Shown: positions 36,281-39,989 of the stretch, piece after piece | Layout: every line of letters begins with the position of its first letter | Numbering within the stretch: the stretch's first letter is position 1 | Source: Klebsormidium nitens | Taxonomy: Eukaryota; Plantae; Klebsormidiophyceae | Length of the DNA stretch: 39,989 bases | Assembly (NCBI GenBank): GCA_000708835.1 | Contig: DF237676.1 | Location: 1 to 39,989, forward strand | Direction of reading: 5' to 3' | The notes under the pieces: generated by a model | Told to the model about the DNA's origin: nothing | Databases searched by the model: none | Seen by the model: only the letters and a program-made list of their open reading frames with translations | Position numbers and translations under genes: made by a program

Positions 36281-38530
36281 TCAACGCCCTTCGATTCTGA
36301 CAGGAACACAAAATGGGGCCCTCCGAGCCCTCCGACCCTCCGCATCGTAATTAAGTTCTGCAGACTGCTGTGCACTCCTCAGGTTTGAGCTGCCGGCTGG
36401 TAGGCCTCGGATGCACGTCATAAAGAACCTTCGTTTTCCGATTCTGAAGCAACAACCTGTCCCCCTGTTTGTTTCACGCTCCTCTATTTTAATCGATTCA
36501 ACCTTCGTTTTGCACGAGCGTCTTGATGTTTCGCACTCCTCTGGCCTGGATTCGTTTGGTGATCTGAACGGGGAACTAGAGGGTCTGAAGGACTGTACCA
36601 GCTCGTGATGTCGTGATGATGTGTGCACGAGCGGCATCGCCTACGTACAACCTCTTCTTAAATCGCTTTCAATCCGCATCCTCTCGCCAACCTGTCAGTT
36701 GCCCCGGACTGGAATCATGCGGGTACACTGCGACGTGATTACTCTTGTTCGTAACCTGCTCTGGTCCCACCTATATATGACTCTTACTGATCTGCTTGCG
36801 TCCATAGCGACGCCAAGCTGCCGTGTTGGTCGAGTCGACCTGATCAGAGAATCGGTCCCCGGGCAGCACGCCCCCCACGGTGGCCCCGACGGCCCTGACT
36901 TCATGGATAATGACGTGGCTGGCCTCCCACTGCCAATGTGGGCCGTGCCATTTCGGGACCCGTTAGATATTTTGCACTCTCCGCAACGCGAGGTGAGAGT
37001 TGACCTGACGAGAATGTCAATTATTTGTGAACTTCATCTCATTTTATTGGGGCGACTGAGCGACTCGCCACTCAATTTAGTCATTCTCGTCTCTTATTCC
37101 CGTTAGGTGAAAGTGCGTCGTAGAGTCGCTCGACTTTAGGCCGGACTGTCCCCGACTCTGGTCCAAAGCTCTTCTTGAATCAGACCCGATATGATGGTCG
37201 AGAGTTCCTGCCCCACCCAATTGTTGTCTTTGACTGGTGCAGTCAATGCCCATCATTCGCCAACTGTGCTCACTGTCACGGCCTGTTCTCCAAGCTTGCA
37301 GGATGATATGTCAATTCATCTAGCAAGGAGGTCGAATTGTCCTTGACGAAGCGTACTTCCCTTATTCTGAGGATTCCAGTCCGGGGTAGCTCCTCCTTGG
37401 GACAGCCTGCATGCTTGGGGCGTGTGTGCCTGGGTCAGGATGCCCTGTGCCTCCGGTTCCTGTGTGTCGGAACGTAAATCAAAAATTTCGCGCACGTTTC
37501 GACACGTTTCAGCGTCTTCCATTGTAGCGAGTGCCTTGGGCGTCTCATGCGGACAGGCGGGCAGACTGCAGAGCACCGATGATGGACTAGAGCTCACTAG
37601 GAGTGCGGCCGGCGCGGCAGCGTCCTCCAGAGTGAGTTACTGGTTGCGACACGTGACCTGTCAAGCACACTGGCACAGAGGAACGAAACGAAGCTTCAGT
37701 CACGAAAACTTTGGTGGTCCAAGTTCGTCACGAAATAGTTAGTGCCCAGCTTCATTTTGTGAGTCCCTTCTGTTTATGCTTGACTCGGCAAGGTTCCCAC
37801 GTGGCAGGCGCCCCGCTCATCAAAGCGACCCGTACCTGAGACGGAACCCTTCGTCTCCGTTCATCATCCGAATTGCTGCCGAGCTAAACCAGAAAGTTTT
37901 GTGAAAACGTATCCCGTGCTGCCGGTCAAACGTCTATCGTATTGAGACATTTCGCACAGACGGCGGCCCAGTCCACTGCTTCCCGTTCAGCACGTTGAAG
38001 TAGATTGACCAGCATAAACATCGAGCAGTGACTTGAGTTTCTTCTTTGTCTTCGCATCAGGAAACTGATAAAGGGCTGGGGAAACGGCAGTAAGAAGCGG
38101 GCGGCCCTGCGGACGGCTCCTGGCGTGCCCCGGGGATCCCCCAAGACGGAGCGGTCGTGAAGCGGAAGCTGCGGCAAGCGTCCCTAACCGCGTTCCTGTT
38201 CCTTGGGCGTGTAACATGAGCGGCCAGTGAAGGAGCCAGCGGGCCCGAAGGGAGTACCCTGGACAAGCACAGGTCCGGCAGCCATTACCTGGGCCACAGG
38301 TCTTTCTAATGCTGGACGATTCCGGAAGATTCCCGTTCTGGTGACAGCTTCGTCAGAGCGGAGCATTTTGCGCGTCCAATGTGGGGGGTCACAAGGGACC
38401 GCTTGAAATTTTTGAAGCCCCTTTTCGCGTTGCACTGCTGTCTGCTTTTGTAGCTTGCTTGCGACTGCGTGGTGTCAGAGCATCGCTTAAAAGCGGCTCG
38501 TGAGGCTACGTGCGCTAGTAGACTTGTCAC
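36281..38530 (-). pseudogene. Degenerate coding-like relic, unidentified
   Basis: ORFs 37316-37597, 36695-36904 and 36281-36637 share one frame, with protein-like segments between them (WALTAPVKDNNWVGQELSTIISGLIQEELWTRV). Further fragments lie at 37926-38530. Stops are frequent, so support is weak. Confidence 0.25.
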
Positions 38531-39425
38531 GTTCTAGTATGGTTAATGTCGTAGCGTTGCAACCGAGCTCTTTCCTGATACTTTCCCCGTTATTGTTCGA
38601 CCTGGCATGTCCAAGGTCTGCTCCGAGCCCTTTGCATGTTAGCGCTTTCGGTCCATCAAATGCTCTGACTTGAAAGCTGCTCGGATACGATGTAGGGTCT
38701 AGTGGAAGTCTAGAACTCTCAATATCATCTTCTTCTTGAGAATTGTTTCAGGTACAATGTGCTTTTCTTCTGCAAGAAATTCGATGCGATCAAGACGACA
38801 GAGAGAAAGCATTTCAAAAACAACTTTAGAGCCGGGGCTGCCTAGCTGTTACTGCGCCCATAATGTCTGGTGTAAAAAGGTGCTTTCTGCCCTATAGCCT
38901 GCCCACCGCATCAGCGGCTCTATGAACTGTACGAGGTACACTTGAAAGCCAAAGAGGCTGTTATGGCTAGGGCGCACGTATGCGAGTCTGCGTCATTAAG
39001 ACACCGTTCATGTCAGTGATGCCTTTCGCTCGTTTCTTTGATAAGAATTTTGGTGTGCAGTGAAGCAAACATTAGTTGGACTGTGAGACTTCCAATCGGA
39101 TGAATGGCATGCGCCGCGAGTTGCACTGCAGTATGCAGCGTCGATGTTAGCTAGGCTTGGTGCACAATTCAAGAGAGACTCAACGCGGCCGCGCGGCCCC
39201 AAAGATGCTTAAACGATCGGTTGCTGCAATTATTCGACCGGCCAACATGCAGCCTGGCTGCACCATACTTCGATTTTCATGATCAGACGACAATGAGTAT
39301 ACCGCCGCGGCTGATTGAACACTCATGACGTATTCAATCGAACATTTCAGGAGCGGAAACGCTCTTTTTGTTTCCGCCCTGGCCCGTTTTGATTGGAACG
39401 ATATGCCAATTTTGCCCGCGTTTAG

Positions 39426-39494
39426 GGGTGAAAACAAGGGACTGCCCGTCTTTTGTTCTACTAGCTTAATTAATCATGAGGGTGAAAACAAGGG
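39426..39494. repeat. 15-bp exact direct repeat gggtgaaaacaaggg
   Basis: Copies at 39426-39440 and 39480-39494. Confidence 0.8.
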
Positions 39495-39989
39495 CCGGCC
39501 GAAAACGGCCGTCACGCGTAAGGATTTGACGTGGCAAAGGAAATGCGCATCCAGCACGTGAGGCGCCGTCGCTCCGAACGGGAGCCGCTTCGGGGCCAAA
39601 GCGGACTTCTCGCTCCAAAAACGTGGCGAATGAACCAGAGATAAGCCCTGATTCCAGGCCGATTTGCAGCAAAATGTTGACGCCCAGAATTGTTAGCGGA
39701 TGAACTAGTAAGAAACGGAGTCTAGGCTCGTCAAAGCAGGCCAGCGCAACGTATTCCATTACATATCATACATTTGTTAGAATTGGGTTAGCAATTCTGG
39801 TCAATCGAATAACCAAGTGGTTGAGGTGTCGTGCGACATAACCTCGCAGCCAGGCTAGCTCGATAGGAACAGAATTGCAGTCATTTTATTTGTATGCTGC
39901 GCCTATCTAACAATTTATTCCTCATCGCCTCATGCCAACCGAACTGCAAATGCAATCAGCGGGATTATTTTTGTTTCTATCCAATGAAA

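Overview
Eukaryotic nuclear DNA with GC-rich exons and spliceosomal introns. The plastid-targeted, plant-type ketol-acid reductoisomerase suggests a green-lineage (probably streptophyte algal, Klebsormidium-like) genome; this is inference. Genes reconstructed by hand from splice sites and frame: an FkbM-family methyltransferase (-, 3' end unresolved), a small CHZ-motif histone-chaperone-like gene (+, 3 exons, GC-AG intron), a 10-exon KARI/ilvC (-), a thioredoxin-like CxxC protein resembling the soluble domain of VKOR/LTO1 (-), a TMEM53/DUF829 protein (+), and a 10-exon kanadaptin/SLC4A1AP-like FHA protein (-). Between KARI and the thioredoxin-like gene lies an accessory multi-exon locus (~14.65-19.16 kb, +, interrupted by a 346-N gap) resembling Crinkler/RHS-type effectors. 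Its parts are a Cys/His zinc-finger-like exon, a coiled coil, a SAM-like module and a C-terminal restriction-endonuclease-fold domain. The most striking signal is a 56-nt exon in this locus encoding MLLTIGGVERNPGP, a close match to viral 2A/StopGo ribosome-skipping peptides, spliced in phase with its neighbours. Also present: a nested MITE-like foldback, a 27-bp intronic minisatellite and two degenerate coding-like relics. No rRNA, tRNA or CRISPR array was found.
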